Source: Escherichia phage YJin-2024a. Taken from it: DNA of 64,000 nucleotides. The stretch is from the sequence record PP534475.1. The stretch is one strand, 5' to 3'. Each line of letters opens with the position of its first letter. Position 1 is the stretch's first letter. Positions 8,221-18,378 of this stretch are shown piece by piece. The notes beneath the pieces were generated by a model. The model saw nothing but the letters and a program-made list of their open reading frames with translations, had not been told where the DNA came from and did no database searches. A program made the position numbers and the translations under genes.

Positions 8221-8859
8221 TTACTCTACTTCAATGAAGGTAGAGGCGTTAGACTCGGACAGAACAAAGTCAACATTTGTTGCAAAGTCCTGGTATTCCT
8301 CGTCATGTTGCTTAATCAGCTTCTCCAGTTCCAGCGGATCAATCAAGAATGGAGTATTCTTGAGTTCCAGCAGGTTGAGCTGCATTTTAACTTCATCTTC
8401 GGAAGTTTTCTTATCGCGGGTAGCCATGCTATCCTGCAAACGCTCATATTTAGCGTCAAACTGTGCTTTCTGCGTATTAAACTTAACCGTAGCGGCATGG
8501 AACTGCTTACGCATGTTAGCCAGCAGCTGAGCTTTAAGCTCCATAGAACGCTTAGCTTCAATTGCTTCCGCAACAGTCATCTTACGAGAACCAATCTCAA
8601 CGATTGTTTCTGCATTGCTCTTAATCAGAGCAGATTTGATACTATCACGCTTAGACATCATATCCAGCAGAGACTGGAAATCAGTCTTAATACGAGTAGA
8701 CAGATCGGCTACTTCGATTGCAGCGCCAACTACAACCTGGTTTTTATCCTTACCTTCACCAACAGCGATCAGAAGCTGCTGTTCAGTAGCTTTACGGATT
8801 TTAGCTTCCAGAGATTTGATAGTTGCCAGAGCACGAGTTTTAGAAATACGAGTAGTCAT
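8221..8859 (-). CDS. hypothetical coiled-coil protein
   Basis: 212-aa ORF, no recognisable motif. Confidence 0.5.
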   Translation of the reverse strand: MTTRISKTRALATIKSLEAKIRKATEQQLLIAVGEGKDKNQVVVGAAIEVADLSTRIKTDFQSLLDMMSKRDSIKSALIKSNAETIVEIGSRKMTVAEAIEAKRSMELKAQLLANMRKQFHAATVKFNTQKAQFDAKYERLQDSMATRDKKTSEDEVKMQLNLLELKNTPFLIDPLELEKLIKQHDEEYQDFATNVDFVLSESNASTFIEVE

Positions 8860-8912
8860 TATTTGCTTCCTTATATGAAGTTTGAGATTTGAATTTGTTT
8901 AAATTTGGTCTA

Positions 8913-9095
8913 TTACAGACCAATTGCCAGCAGAGTGCGCAGAACAGTATCGTTACTGTTATCAATTTTAGGATTAGCACGATTTAGTAGATTAAAGATT
9001 TTCTGGATACCTGATTGACGTTCAGCCATACGACGGATACCCAGATCACGAGTAGCTTTCTTACCATTTTTACGAACATTTTTAGATACTGGCAT
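8913..9095 (-). CDS. small basic hypothetical protein
   Basis: 60-aa Lys/Arg-rich ORF. Confidence 0.4.
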   Translation of the reverse strand: MPVSKNVRKNGKKATRDLGIRRMAERQSGIQKIFNLLNRANPKIDNSNDTVLRTLLAIGL

Positions 9096-9165
9096 ATTTG
9101 TTTTCCTTTTATTGTTTTCTCAAATTTATGAATATATTATACAGAATTTTGGAGCCGGAAGCAAA

Positions 9166-9867
9166 TCAAATTTTCATTTTTTCGATCATAGCTGCAACAC
9201 AATAGCTCTCAACTAAGGCATCGAATGCTGGGTCGTGCTTAACCGGATAGATCCCATAACGAATAGTGTCCATCTTCTCCATTTTAGCTATTGCCCAGCT
9301 AATACCTTCGGTCTCTAGAGCTTTATAACTGTATCCAGCTTGCATCCAGAGATTACGAAGAGATCGAACATTGCCCAAATTCCAGAATTTCCACGGAACT
9401 ACCTCTTCATTGGTTCCAGCATGGAACGTATTTGCAGAGTAGATAGTCATATCAAACTCTGGGCCATTGCCATAATACAAAGCATTTTCGCCTAGAGCCA
9501 ACTCCATAATATTTTGAGCCATAGAGAAGGCAGCATAGTTTGAGCCTAATTTATTAGTGCAATGATGTTTACCATTTTGGAAGGCAATCAGTTTTGGATT
9601 ACGTTCCTTCATAGCTTCCATAATGTGGATAGCAGACGGACTATTTTTAGCTTGATCCATCCAGAATGCTAGAGTAGATGCTGTAACTTTGGCACCAGAA
9701 TTAAGTTGATCTTGCACATCCAAAGTAACAAATACTAGATCAGGGTCTTTATCAATTCCATGCATAGCCACAAAAGCGAAAGAAGGCATTGCGATATGAG
9801 TAGTACCACAATCTCCTGGAGTTCCTAGAGATTCAATATCTAGCATACCAAATGGTTTTACTTTCAT
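9166..9867 (-). CDS. DEDDh-family 3'-5' exonuclease
   Basis: Exo I motif GMLDIESLG and C-terminal HDPAFDALVES (H-x4-D). Confidence 0.6.
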   Translation of the reverse strand: MKVKPFGMLDIESLGTPGDCGTTHIAMPSFAFVAMHGIDKDPDLVFVTLDVQDQLNSGAKVTASTLAFWMDQAKNSPSAIHIMEAMKERNPKLIAFQNGKHHCTNKLGSNYAAFSMAQNIMELALGENALYYGNGPEFDMTIYSANTFHAGTNEEVVPWKFWNLGNVRSLRNLWMQAGYSYKALETEGISWAIAKMEKMDTIRYGIYPVKHDPAFDALVESYCVAAMIEKMKI

Positions 9868-9895
9868 AACTTATCCTTTATTGTGTAGAAAACTA

Positions 9896-10117
9896 TTAAA
9901 GAGCTGTCTCTTTAATAGACTCCCACTTCTTGGGGTCTTTAAAACCAGGAAGCATATCCTCACTGACATCCCAGTTCTCTTCCATATAGTGGTCATCTAA
10001 GTCTAACTCATCCACTGCTAAATCCATTATCTCATGACTAGAAAGTCGTGTGTAATCCCTAGCTGACTTATGAGTACTAGCACGGTTAAAATCATTCTTT
10101 ACTACAAAATTACGCAT
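9896..10117 (-). CDS. hypothetical acidic protein
   Basis: 73-aa ORF bounded by hairpin elements. Confidence 0.45.
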   Translation of the reverse strand: MRNFVVKNDFNRASTHKSARDYTRLSSHEIMDLAVDELDLDDHYMEENWDVSEDMLPGFKDPKKWESIKETAL

Positions 10118-10119
10118 AG

Positions 10120-10148
10120 TTTCTCCAAATAAGAGGGGCTTTCGCCCC
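10120..10148 (-). terminator. GNRA-tetraloop hairpin terminator
   Basis: Minus-strand GGGGC-GAAA-GCCCC followed by CTCTTATTT. Confidence 0.55.
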
Positions 10149-10158
10149 CTGATTTAAA

Positions 10159-10374
10159 TCACTTGCCCAGCAGTTTAAGGATATTTTCCATAATAGTTTG
10201 GGCAGATTTTTCACTCTTGTTGGTTTCAGCCAACTTTAAAGCGAGTTCTTCCTGCTGTTTCTGAATATCAGCAGCGATTTTTTGATCAGCCTCAATACGA
10301 GCTTGAAGCTCATCAGTGATAGTGCTAAAGGAAGCAACGATTTCAGTAACAGAACGTGGTTTCTTAGAGAACAT
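10159..10374 (-). CDS. hypothetical coiled-coil protein
   Basis: 71-aa ORF flanked on both sides by GGGGC-GAAA-GCCCC hairpins. Confidence 0.45.
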   Translation of the reverse strand: MFSKKPRSVTEIVASFSTITDELQARIEADQKIAADIQKQQEELALKLAETNKSEKSAQTIMENILKLLGK

Positions 10375-10438
10375 AAAAAATATCCTTGATTAGTTAGAGA
10401 ATTGGTCGATTGTAGGGGCTTTCGCCCCTATTTACCTG

Positions 10439-10954
10439 TTACTTCGCTTTACGCTTGCGAGCTGGTTTAGCAGATTTACGAGCAGAATCACCAGTGAACT
10501 TAATGCCTACACCATAACACAGAGCACGAACATTATCTTTACTATACTCTACGCCAAAGATATTTGGCTTAACAGAGCCAAACTGTCCACGAGTATCACG
10601 CAATACATCTGCTGTTGGTTTACGCTTCTGGTTAACTGCCTTCTCATAGTCTTTCATAGACATACCATTACGAGAGAACAATTCAGCCCCAGCGTTGAAG
10701 CTCAGGGAAACTGGGACAGATTTGTGGCCGTAATTTTCTACATACATAACCATTTTGTAGGATTTACGAGTAGCATTTTTAGCCTTAGGCTTCTGACGAA
10801 TCGGAGCCGGATTATTCAGTGCTTGAGCAGCCTGAGCATCGGTAGGATGCTTACGCAGGTGGCGTTCCAGACGAGCTTTGCGATTAGCCTCAGTCTTCGG
10901 GAAAGTTTTAACTGCCGGAGCTGCTTGAGTTTTTGCGTTTTTCTGCTTAGCCAT
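10439..10954 (-). CDS. Lys-rich basic protein, possible nucleic-acid binding
   Basis: Start moved to MAKQKN because of upstream AAGGAAAA RBS; both termini Lys/Arg-rich. Confidence 0.45.
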   Translation of the reverse strand: MAKQKNAKTQAAPAVKTFPKTEANRKARLERHLRKHPTDAQAAQALNNPAPIRQKPKAKNATRKSYKMVMYVENYGHKSVPVSLSFNAGAELFSRNGMSMKDYEKAVNQKRKPTADVLRDTRGQFGSVKPNIFGVEYSKDNVRALCYGVGIKFTGDSARKSAKPARKRKAK

Positions 10955-11030
10955 TATTTGTTTTCCTTTTTTGTTTATCAATTTATGAAGTATATTATAC
11001 GAGAATTTGAAGCGTTTAGCAAATGAATTT

Positions 11031-11480
11031 TTAATTTATTAACTGTAAGCTTCTTTTAATTTCAGACCTTACCTGCATCAAAAGAACTCCTAAAGTATTA
11101 TCCCCGATGCCTCGGCAAACACCCCAATATGTATCTCCCCAGGTATTTCCTTCGATCAAAGTTGCATTTTTTGTTGCTAACAGTTTGTCTCTCAAATCAG
11201 GAATTGCAAACTTTAACCGTAAAAGCTCTAGCATTACATCATCTTTTACCTTATCCCAGTCAGAGCGCAGAGTTAATTTACGTCCTCTACGTTTGGCAAC
11301 TCCTGCGTTTAGGGAGCGTAGTACATGGGCTACATTATCTTTTTGGTCTGATTTCATAGCCTGAAAAGCATGTTCTACAGTATCAGCATGCCATATTTCA
11401 TTTAGATATTCGAAAGTAATTGGTGATAAATAAAAGTTTGATAAGAAACTATAAGTACCTTTAAATTCAGTAATCTTCAT
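11031..11480 (-). CDS. NADAR (YbiA-like) domain protein
   Basis: LSNFY, EHAFQAMK and GNTWGDTYWGVCRGIGDNTLGVLLMQVR align with E. coli YbiA (FSNF, EHYFQAQK, ENDAYWGDGGHGKGKNRLGYLLMELR). Confidence 0.75.
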   Translation of the reverse strand: MKITEFKGTYSFLSNFYLSPITFEYLNEIWHADTVEHAFQAMKSDQKDNVAHVLRSLNAGVAKRRGRKLTLRSDWDKVKDDVMLELLRLKFAIPDLRDKLLATKNATLIEGNTWGDTYWGVCRGIGDNTLGVLLMQVRSEIKRSLQLIN

Positions 11481-11761
11481 TTTTTACGCCCCGCATCTTT
11501 AGCCTCCTCGGCGGTATAGATATACTGATAAGCCCCTTTGGAGTAGGCTGGAGCAGTACACATTTTCTTACGCTCAATCTCTTCTTGAGCTTTTCTTTCG
11601 CGTTCCGCTAATTCTTCGTCCAGATAAACTAAACGTTGTTCTGGAGGAGGTGGAAGACGTGTTTCTGGCTCACCAATATTAGCCTTTCTTATTTGACGAG
11701 GCGATTGTGCACGTTTTCTCAATGGTTTAAATCCTAATGAATTTGAGTTATAAATCCGCAT
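11477..11761 (-). CDS. hypothetical protein
   Basis: 94-aa ORF overlapping the NADAR start by 4 nt. Confidence 0.4.
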   Translation of the reverse strand: MRIYNSNSLGFKPLRKRAQSPRQIRKANIGEPETRLPPPPEQRLVYLDEELAERERKAQEEIERKKMCTAPAYSKGAYQYIYTAEEAKDAGRKK

Positions 11762-11837
11762 AAAGCCCTCCTCACTTTCAATACGAATATTATACTAAAT
11801 TAGAGGGCTTTAAGCAAGAAAATTTTTAATTTATTTA

Positions 11838-12326
11838 TCACATCTCAGCCATTTCAGCTTCAGTAATAACTGTATTACACAATGCATCTACAGCTTCATT
11901 ACCACTAATACCAGAATGCCCTTTAACCTTAATAAAGGTAGGATTAGTATTATGAAAGTTGATATACTGCTGTGTTAATTTAAATGCTTCCTGCCAAAGT
12001 TCTAGATTAAGAGGAACTTCACCATCTGCTTTCTTCCAGCCTTTCCTTTGCCAAGAAAACATCCAACTTTCCATGCCATTTTTGCAATAAGCAGAGTCAG
12101 TATAGATAGCAATTGGTCTATTATCTTTTTTAACAGACCAACGTAGAGCTTCTACAATAGCTGTGAGTTCCATCTCATTATTTGTAGTTTTAGGATTATA
12201 ACCAGATTTAGAACCCAAACGATCGTCGTTATCATTATAGACAATAAAACCCCAAGCACCTGGACCTGGGTTAGACTTACAAGCACCATCTGTGTAAATG
12301 TGGAAAACCGACATTATACCTCCCAA
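11838..12326 (-). CDS. rnhA: ribonuclease H
   Basis: YTDGAC..NPGPGAWG, NEMELTAIVEAL, IYTDSAY, KVKGHSGISGNEAVDAL. Confidence 0.85.
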   Translation of the reverse strand: MGGIMSVFHIYTDGACKSNPGPGAWGFIVYNDNDDRLGSKSGYNPKTTNNEMELTAIVEALRWSVKKDNRPIAIYTDSAYCKNGMESWMFSWQRKGWKKADGEVPLNLELWQEAFKLTQQYINFHNTNPTFIKVKGHSGISGNEAVDALCNTVITEAEMAEM

Positions 12327-12595
12327 CTAATTTTAAGACCCATGTCCACAAAGGCAGCTTCTCGGTAATATTGAGAGATATGATACCCCTTATCCGATAA
12401 GGTTTTTAGTACCGATTTAGCTGCTCCTGGCATTTCTCTAGGATTATATAGCCACCTAGCGTAAGGATTATCTCGAATAATTATTTCTGTATTTCCAGAC
12501 TTAGCAGCTTCTACAATCTTTTCTTCTATAAACTTTAGAAATGCGGGTACTTCTGTTAATCCTGCAAGTTCTTGAGCTTCTTTGGCTGAAATCAC
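12314..12595 (-). CDS. hypothetical protein
   Basis: 93-aa ORF overlapping the rnh start. Confidence 0.4.
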   Translation of the reverse strand: MISAKEAQELAGLTEVPAFLKFIEEKIVEAAKSGNTEIIIRDNPYARWLYNPREMPGAAKSVLKTLSDKGYHISQYYREAAFVDMGLKISWEV

Positions 12596-12688
12596 TATAT
12601 ACCTCCAATTTATAAAATATATTATATTTAAATTTCACTAAATAAGCAAATGAAATTTAAATATAATAGCCCCGAAGGGCTATTTGAG

Positions 12689-13042
12689 CTAAATTATAAT
12701 TAAGATTATGAGAGCATAGGTTAAGTAATGGAGTAACTGATCAAATCCTAAAGCTATCCAAAACCTGGAATCACTTATATCGTATTTACAGCATTGTGCT
12801 TTCCAGTAATCTATGATAAAGTGTAGAATTAATTCCATTATAGCTAAAGTTATAGCCATTCCTAGTGATGTGAACATAGTAAGAATTATAAAGGTTAGTC
12901 CAGCATGTACTAGAGAATGGGTTAGTAATGGAAGTTTCCACCCTATTTTGTGGGTCTTCCTTAACATGTATGGAGTTTGGAGTGGATAATCAGCCATAAA
13001 ATGTTTCAGGAAGAATACAACAAATAATAATATTGTCAACAT
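12689..13042 (-). CDS. small integral membrane protein
   Basis: 117 aa, three or four hydrophobic helices. Confidence 0.45.
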   Translation of the reverse strand: MLTILLFVVFFLKHFMADYPLQTPYMLRKTHKIGWKLPLLTHSLVHAGLTFIILTMFTSLGMAITLAIMELILHFIIDYWKAQCCKYDISDSRFWIALGFDQLLHYLTYALIILIII

Positions 13043-13045
13043 ATA

Positions 13046-13900
13046 TTATACCGTAAAGGGATATGCAATAGCAGGGTGGTGTTCGTAACCACGAACAGTA
13101 AAATCATCCTTGCTTACCCAGGTCAATACATCCTCCAGAGTTCGGATATTTGGATTGATTTCTAGAGTAGGAGGTGCAAAAGGTTCACGATCGAATTGCT
13201 TATGCTCCATCAAAACATTATACTGATCCTCATAGATATGAAGATTGATAATCTTCTGGCGTGCAATTCCTGGTTTAAGGCCTGTAATTTGTGCCATTAA
13301 TGCTAGAAGCGTATAACACTGAACCATGTTAAATACTTGGCCTAATAGGAAGTCATTAGATCTCTGGAAAGAGTTCAGGTATAATGTATCTCCCAAAATA
13401 GAGAACTGATGAGTGTGCATACATGGACGTAAGCAACCCTTTGAGAACTCCCCAGGATTCCAGAAGGTTAGAATTTCCCCCCGATCATCAATGCCCTTCT
13501 TCAGATTATGATAAATCTTGGCTAGTTGGTCAAACATAAGACCATCGGAATTAGTCCACTGACGTCCTTGAACACCATAGACTCGTCCCATATCATCCTC
13601 ACCTTTACGGTATGGATTGTCTAGCCAAGCTAAGTTTTCATTTGCATTAGCATTCCATGTGTTAACACCAATAGCGCGGAATTGTGCTGCTGAATCATAC
13701 CCACGTAGATACCCAATCATTTCCATTATTGCTTGTTTTGCAAACGCCTTACGAGTAGTAATAAGTGGAAATTCCCCTGCACCTACGTTAAAAGTAAAGT
13801 CTGCATCAATAATAGTGAGGCAACGAACCCCTGTTCTAGGATTCGTTACCCACTGACCCTCTGATAAAATACGTTTTCCAACTTCAATATACTGATCCAT
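13046..13900 (-). CDS. thyA: thymidylate synthase
   Basis: [13 protein letters not shown] and PCMHTHQF conserved ThyA segments, 284 aa. Confidence 0.9.
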   Translation of the reverse strand: MDQYIEVGKRILSEGQWVTNPRTGVRCLTIIDADFTFNVGAGEFPLITTRKAFAKQAIMEMIGYLRGYDSAAQFRAIGVNTWNANANENLAWLDNPYRKGEDDMGRVYGVQGRQWTNSDGLMFDQLAKIYHNLKKGIDDRGEILTFWNPGEFSKGCLRPCMHTHQFSILGDTLYLNSFQRSNDFLLGQVFNMVQCYTLLALMAQITGLKPGIARQKIINLHIYEDQYNVLMEHKQFDREPFAPPTLEINPNIRTLEDVLTWVSKDDFTVRGYEHHPAIAYPFTV

Positions 13901-14433
13901 TAATAAGTAACCAATTCCTGTACAAATCGCAGGCTGTTATCACTGTTTGCGCCAGTTGCGTAAACTAAACGAGTAGATTCATAGTTGTAATCTAGAATCG
14001 TATTATCCAGATGTACATCTGCCTCTAGTTTTTGATTACTAAAGATTGTGGATACAAAAGCACTTTCAATATGTCCATGAATATACATTTCGTACAATAA
14101 TGTTGCGCCACCTAAAACCACTGTCTGTTGATCTTTTAAGAATGTAGGTAATGTATCCCCAATCTTAGAAATTGGGGTATAGATACCATGTTTAATATCA
14201 TCAGGCAGAGGACGATCTGCACGAATAAAGAGGTCAGATTCTCCAATCATACGTTGTCGAACAACTTCTGGAAGTGCTAAATAAGTACCAGCACCAATGA
14301 TGATGTTATCTGGATTCAACATGTCCAGTTGAGAATAGAAAGCATCTAGTTCTTCTTTGAAGGAACCCCATGGAAGTTTACCGCGGAGGCCGAACTCCCC
14401 ATTCGGCCCAACTGCATACATTGCTGTAATCAT
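13900..14433 (-). CDS. frd: dihydrofolate reductase
   Basis: 177 aa, [11 protein letters not shown]-terminal motif, directly upstream of thyA. Confidence 0.75.
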   Translation of the reverse strand: MITAMYAVGPNGEFGLRGKLPWGSFKEELDAFYSQLDMLNPDNIIIGAGTYLALPEVVRQRMIGESDLFIRADRPLPDDIKHGIYTPISKIGDTLPTFLKDQQTVVLGGATLLYEMYIHGHIESAFVSTIFSNQKLEADVHLDNTILDYNYESTRLVYATGANSDNSLRFVQELVTY

Positions 14434-15575
14434 AAGAAATCTCCAAATTCATTACCCAGATCTTTCAGAGTATCAGTAGAGGTTTCGGTGACTTGACCTA
14501 CACGATATGCTGCACCAATCTGGATTTCTTGTGGAGCAGGCTGTAAAGAAGTGGTATCCAGCCAGTTCATGATCCATGGAATAGGGTTCTTGGTGATTAC
14601 CGGCAGGTTACTTGGCCATTCTACACCAATGTGCATAAACGCATTACGTCCCACAAAATATAGGTACTCTTCTAGAAGTTCTGCGTTCAAACCAATCAGA
14701 CTACGACCTTTGAAAATGAAATGACCCCACTCAATTTCAGTTTTCAGAGTTTTCAGGAGCTGTGCTGGTGCTTTAGCTACTGCTTCATCTACCAGATCTT
14801 TGTCAAATTGTTGAAACATAATCTGGATGATTGCTTTGGACATCTGGGTGTGCAGAGCTTCATCTTTAGCGATTAATTGTAGATTTTTAGCAATACCTTG
14901 CAGAATATCGTTCTCTGCTAATGCAAAGGTACATGCAAAGGATGCGTAAAACTGCATTGCTTCCAGACCGTAGATCGCAAAGTAAGCGTCTAATAGTTTA
15001 GCCTGAGTTTCACGTTTAACTTCAGGGAACTCAGTTTCTGGATATGTATTGTCACCACGATGATCGCGTACTGCGATGAAATACTGACCTAACTGGTACA
15101 GTTCATCAAATAGTTCAACAGAATCAGCGATGCGTGCGAATGCTTCTTGGTTTTTGGTTACAGAATCAATAAATTCTGCTGGATCAGTTAACACATTACG
15201 AATAATATTGCTATAAGCACGACTATGCAGATCTTCGAAGTAGCTCCACTGTTTGAGCATACCCTCTAATTCTGGACGACTTACAAGCGGCATAATAGCT
15301 GCTTCAGGAGCACGACTGATAAAGGAATCAGTTTGAGTCTGCCATGCTAAGTTCAGGAGTGTAATTTCCTGAATTTCACGTGGGAGGTTAGGCCATTGTT
15401 TCTTATCTGCTTCCAGACTGATTTCAGTTTCAGTCCAAAATTGAGAGCGTTGCAGAAGTGCCAGACGTTCTAGTTCTGGATGTGCTACACGTACATAATC
15501 TGCGATACCGAGAGAATCTCCCAGGAAAAGGTCAGCGTTAGTATGATCCCAATTCAGGTTTAGTAAAGTAGTCAT
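14430..15575 (-). CDS. nrdB: ribonucleotide reductase class Ia small subunit
   Basis: Ferritin-like iron-ligand helices (LEAMQFYASFACTFALAE, KDEALHTQM), 381 aa. Confidence 0.9.
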   Translation of the reverse strand: MTTLLNLNWDHTNADLFLGDSLGIADYVRVAHPELERLALLQRSQFWTETEISLEADKKQWPNLPREIQEITLLNLAWQTQTDSFISRAPEAAIMPLVSRPELEGMLKQWSYFEDLHSRAYSNIIRNVLTDPAEFIDSVTKNQEAFARIADSVELFDELYQLGQYFIAVRDHRGDNTYPETEFPEVKRETQAKLLDAYFAIYGLEAMQFYASFACTFALAENDILQGIAKNLQLIAKDEALHTQMSKAIIQIMFQQFDKDLVDEAVAKAPAQLLKTLKTEIEWGHFIFKGRSLIGLNAELLEEYLYFVGRNAFMHIGVEWPSNLPVITKNPIPWIMNWLDTTSLQPAPQEIQIGAAYRVGQVTETSTDTLKDLGNEFGDFL

Positions 15576-15606
15576 TGATTTTCCTCTTTCTCACTATTTC
15601 AGGAAT

Positions 15607-15635
15607 ATTATAGCAAATCTGGTAGCGATTAGCAA
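15607..15635 (-). promoter_or_regulatory. promoter for nrdB (TTGCTA-17-TATAAT)
   Basis: Consensus hexamers between nrdA and nrdB on the minus strand. Confidence 0.55.
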
Positions 15636-15640
15636 GTAAA

Positions 15641-15674
15641 ATTTCAAAGAAAAAAGGAGACCCGAAGATCTCCT
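15641..15674 (-). terminator. intrinsic terminator after nrdA
   Basis: Hairpin GGAGA..TCTCC followed on the minus strand by TTTTCTTTG. Confidence 0.55.
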
Positions 15675-15682
15675 TGTTTTTA

Positions 15683-18013
15683 TTAAATAGTACAACCACC
15701 GGATGCACAACCGGCTGCTTCTTCTCCAGCACCTCCACCATTTGCGGTATTGAAGTTAGCATAATACCAAGTTTTCCACCCATACTTAACAGCAGTCATG
15801 AAATCACGAACTACTACTGGGCCAGGAATGATTTCATTCTCAAACTTGGTGTAGTCATAGTACATATTCGTACTGATAGACTGACTGAAGAATTTCTGCA
15901 TAGTTGCTACCCACTTGATCCACTCGATACGATCTACATCATAAGCCAGTTTATAGCTCATTAACATTTCCCAATCGGTTGCACCTGGAGCAATTGCAAT
16001 TACTTTATTAACTGCACTACCCTTGATAGATACAATCTTACGAGGTGGTTCGATAGAGTTAGTAACACCTAACAGAACAGAAGAACTTTCTCCCGGCATC
16101 TGAGCAGTCAGAACAGAGTTACGCATACCATATTTCAGAATATCTGCACGTAGAGACTCCCAATCCATTTCTAGACCTACGGATACCAGTTCATCAACAG
16201 TTTTCTTGTACGTGTCGATTACCAGAATTCCTTTAGATGGTTTAGTACGATCAAACCACTCACATGCGCCCTGTTCTTTAGCTAGGCGTACAGAGGCTTT
16301 ATGCAGGAAGTAAGACAGTTTTTCAGCCTCACGGTGAATCCAGTTACGGGCTTCAATACCTTCATAAGCCAGACCTTCTGCTGCCATTGCACCTGCTGCG
16401 TTCATCAGGCCAATACCCACATTACGACGTTTCTTAGCCGTATATTCCATAGTTGGGAACGGATAATCCTGAATTTCAATAATTGTATCAACGAATTTCA
16501 GGAGGATGTAGCAAGTTTTTTCCCACTCGGCCAGAGATTCCATGCGTCCAAGTACAACACCACCTAAGTTACACAGAGATACTTCACCAATATCCTCCGG
16601 CTTCATTTGATCAAGCTGCTCTTTTGTCTTGTACAGCTCTGTAATGTGATGGAACGGGCGTGTAGGCTGAGTAATTTCAACACAAAGGTTTGTCATACGG
16701 ATCGGATCAAGGAAGTTACCGTGACGATTAGATTCCCCAATGTGGTGAGCATACATACGTCCTGTTTCCATTCGGATACGTAGCCAAGTATCTAGGATTT
16801 CTTTTGCAGAGACTTTAGGAGCTGCAGGAACTGTTTTTCCTTCGTGGTCGATCTTTGTAAGAGATGCCACACGTTTCTCCGCTGCCACGTAGATTTCTTC
16901 AAATTTAGCCTCGTCATCACTATAAAACGCTTCATGAACTTCTGGAGCATAGAAGTATGACATTAGCGTAATATCTTCGTTTTTAAGATAACGTTTTAAC
17001 AAAAGATTGTTAAAGCTCAGAGAATAATCCATCTTATCGATTTTATTCTCATCTGTAGCACGTTGTTGCTTAACCTGCATCAATTGAATGATTTCAGGGT
17101 CGAAGTACGGATAAGACACTGTGGCAGAACCACCACGAGTTTGCTGAGTATTGGCCTTTACTGAGCGGTCAATGTGTCGATAATATGGCAGTTTTCCGGA
17201 ATGCGGGAATGCCCCATTTCGCACCGGATCAGCAATTGATCGGCTTTCAAGATGATACCCGATTCCCGCTCTGGCTGCGACCATTTTGAAGACGATGTGC
17301 TCGGCGGTGTCGATTGAATCCAACGTGTCAGTGGAATCCACGAGGCAGCAACTAGCAAATCCACGGTCACTAGAGCGCAGACCAACCAGTGGCGGCGTAG
17401 GAACGTTGATTTTGTGGAGTGACATTGCGTTATAGAGGTCGATTGCATCTAGAATTGTCCAGTTAGGTTGAGATAACATCGCCATTGCCATACCCATGTA
17501 GGCGAACTGCGGAGTTTCATAAATTTCACCAGTGGCTATGTTACGACGGGAATACTTATCAAAGAACTGTTTCAGTCCACCACTAGTAAAAAGACGATCA
17601 CGATCATGGTCGATAACTTGATTCAGAGCTTCAAATTGCTCATCGGTAATCCATGCACTCATGTTTTCCCATGCACCTACGCTAACCATGTGGTCATGGA
17701 AGAAGCGTAGAGAAGGTGGTTCGAAAGAATCATAAAGGCGTTTACGCATTTGCGCAAGACGTAATTCCTTTGCTGGCACATCATATGCTGGATTATCTTT
17801 GATAAGACTTTCAGCAGCTTTAATTAATGCATCCATCAGAGTGTCGGAATCTACAACCCCTTTAGGCAGAGTTTTTTGAGCAGCCATAGTAATGGCTGAC
17901 CAACTTACATCAACTGTTTTGCAACCATACTCCGCCCAACCATTGAGTTTTTCAGGAGCAAAGTCTTCTACAGTACCGTCACGTTTAATTACTTTTTCAA
18001 TGCGATGGCTCAT
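15683..18013 (-). CDS. nrdA: ribonucleotide reductase class Ia large subunit
   Basis: ATP-cone N-terminus, NLCVEITQP active-site region, C-terminal CASGGC pair; start moved to MSHRIEK (RBS AAGGAAAG) because the track N-terminal extension covers the promoter. Confidence 0.9.
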   Translation of the reverse strand: MSHRIEKVIKRDGTVEDFAPEKLNGWAEYGCKTVDVSWSAITMAAQKTLPKGVVDSDTLMDALIKAAESLIKDNPAYDVPAKELRLAQMRKRLYDSFEPPSLRFFHDHMVSVGAWENMSAWITDEQFEALNQVIDHDRDRLFTSGGLKQFFDKYSRRNIATGEIYETPQFAYMGMAMAMLSQPNWTILDAIDLYNAMSLHKINVPTPPLVGLRSSDRGFASCCLVDSTDTLDSIDTAEHIVFKMVAARAGIGYHLESRSIADPVRNGAFPHSGKLPYYRHIDRSVKANTQQTRGGSATVSYPYFDPEIIQLMQVKQQRATDENKIDKMDYSLSFNNLLLKRYLKNEDITLMSYFYAPEVHEAFYSDDEAKFEEIYVAAEKRVASLTKIDHEGKTVPAAPKVSAKEILDTWLRIRMETGRMYAHHIGESNRHGNFLDPIRMTNLCVEITQPTRPFHHITELYKTKEQLDQMKPEDIGEVSLCNLGGVVLGRMESLAEWEKTCYILLKFVDTIIEIQDYPFPTMEYTAKKRRNVGIGLMNAAGAMAAEGLAYEGIEARNWIHREAEKLSYFLHKASVRLAKEQGACEWFDRTKPSKGILVIDTYKKTVDELVSVGLEMDWESLRADILKYGMRNSVLTAQMPGESSSVLLGVTNSIEPPRKIVSIKGSAVNKVIAIAPGATDWEMLMSYKLAYDVDRIEWIKWVATMQKFFSQSISTNMYYDYTKFENEIIPGPVVVRDFMTAVKYGWKTWYYANFNTANGGGAGEEAAGCASGGCTI

Positions 18014-18155
18014 TTGGCTTTCCTTTTTATAGTTATCAGGATTTAAGGAATATTCTACTTTATTATCGGTCATTAGGCAAATAAAATTTTCTGATAGAAA
18101 AGGCCCGAGTATTTTCATACCCAGGCCCTGTATATTACCAGTCTAGCTTTTTAGC

Positions 18156-18377
18156 TTATTCAATTACTTTAGCTCTAGCTACTTCTTTTAATAGAATATC
18201 TATGGAGGTGCTCAGCTCGTTATAATTGAATGGTTTATTTGGATTTGAGGTTACAATTTTCCACGCTAGGGTTGTCTTAGGACTTTCTTCCCCTTCCTTA
18301 CGTGTAATCATATTAGCAGCACTCAGTGAAGTACGATGTATTTTAGTTTTACGGCTCAGATGAACGACGTTTCCCAT
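18156..18377 (-). CDS. small hypothetical protein
   Basis: Start ATG sits 1 nt after the phoH stop with AAGGTG RBS. Confidence 0.4.
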   Translation of the reverse strand: MGNVVHLSRKTKIHRTSLSAANMITRKEGEESPKTTLAWKIVTSNPNKPFNYNELSTSIDILLKEVARAKVIE

Positions 18378-18378
18378 A

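Noticed and set aside
8179-8892. Plus-strand 237-aa ORF and other frames overlapping the 8221-8859 minus-strand gene
   Set aside because: The minus-strand frame fits local gene orientation and promoter layout; alternatives lack RBS
15538-15783. 81-aa ORF spanning the nrdA-nrdB junction
   Set aside because: Overlaps the nrdA 3' end, the intergenic hairpin and the nrdB promoter; no RBS
18014-18118. N-terminal extension of the nrdA ORF in the track (start at 18118)
   Set aside because: The extension covers a consensus promoter; an RBS precedes the internal ATG at 18013 encoding MSHRIEK
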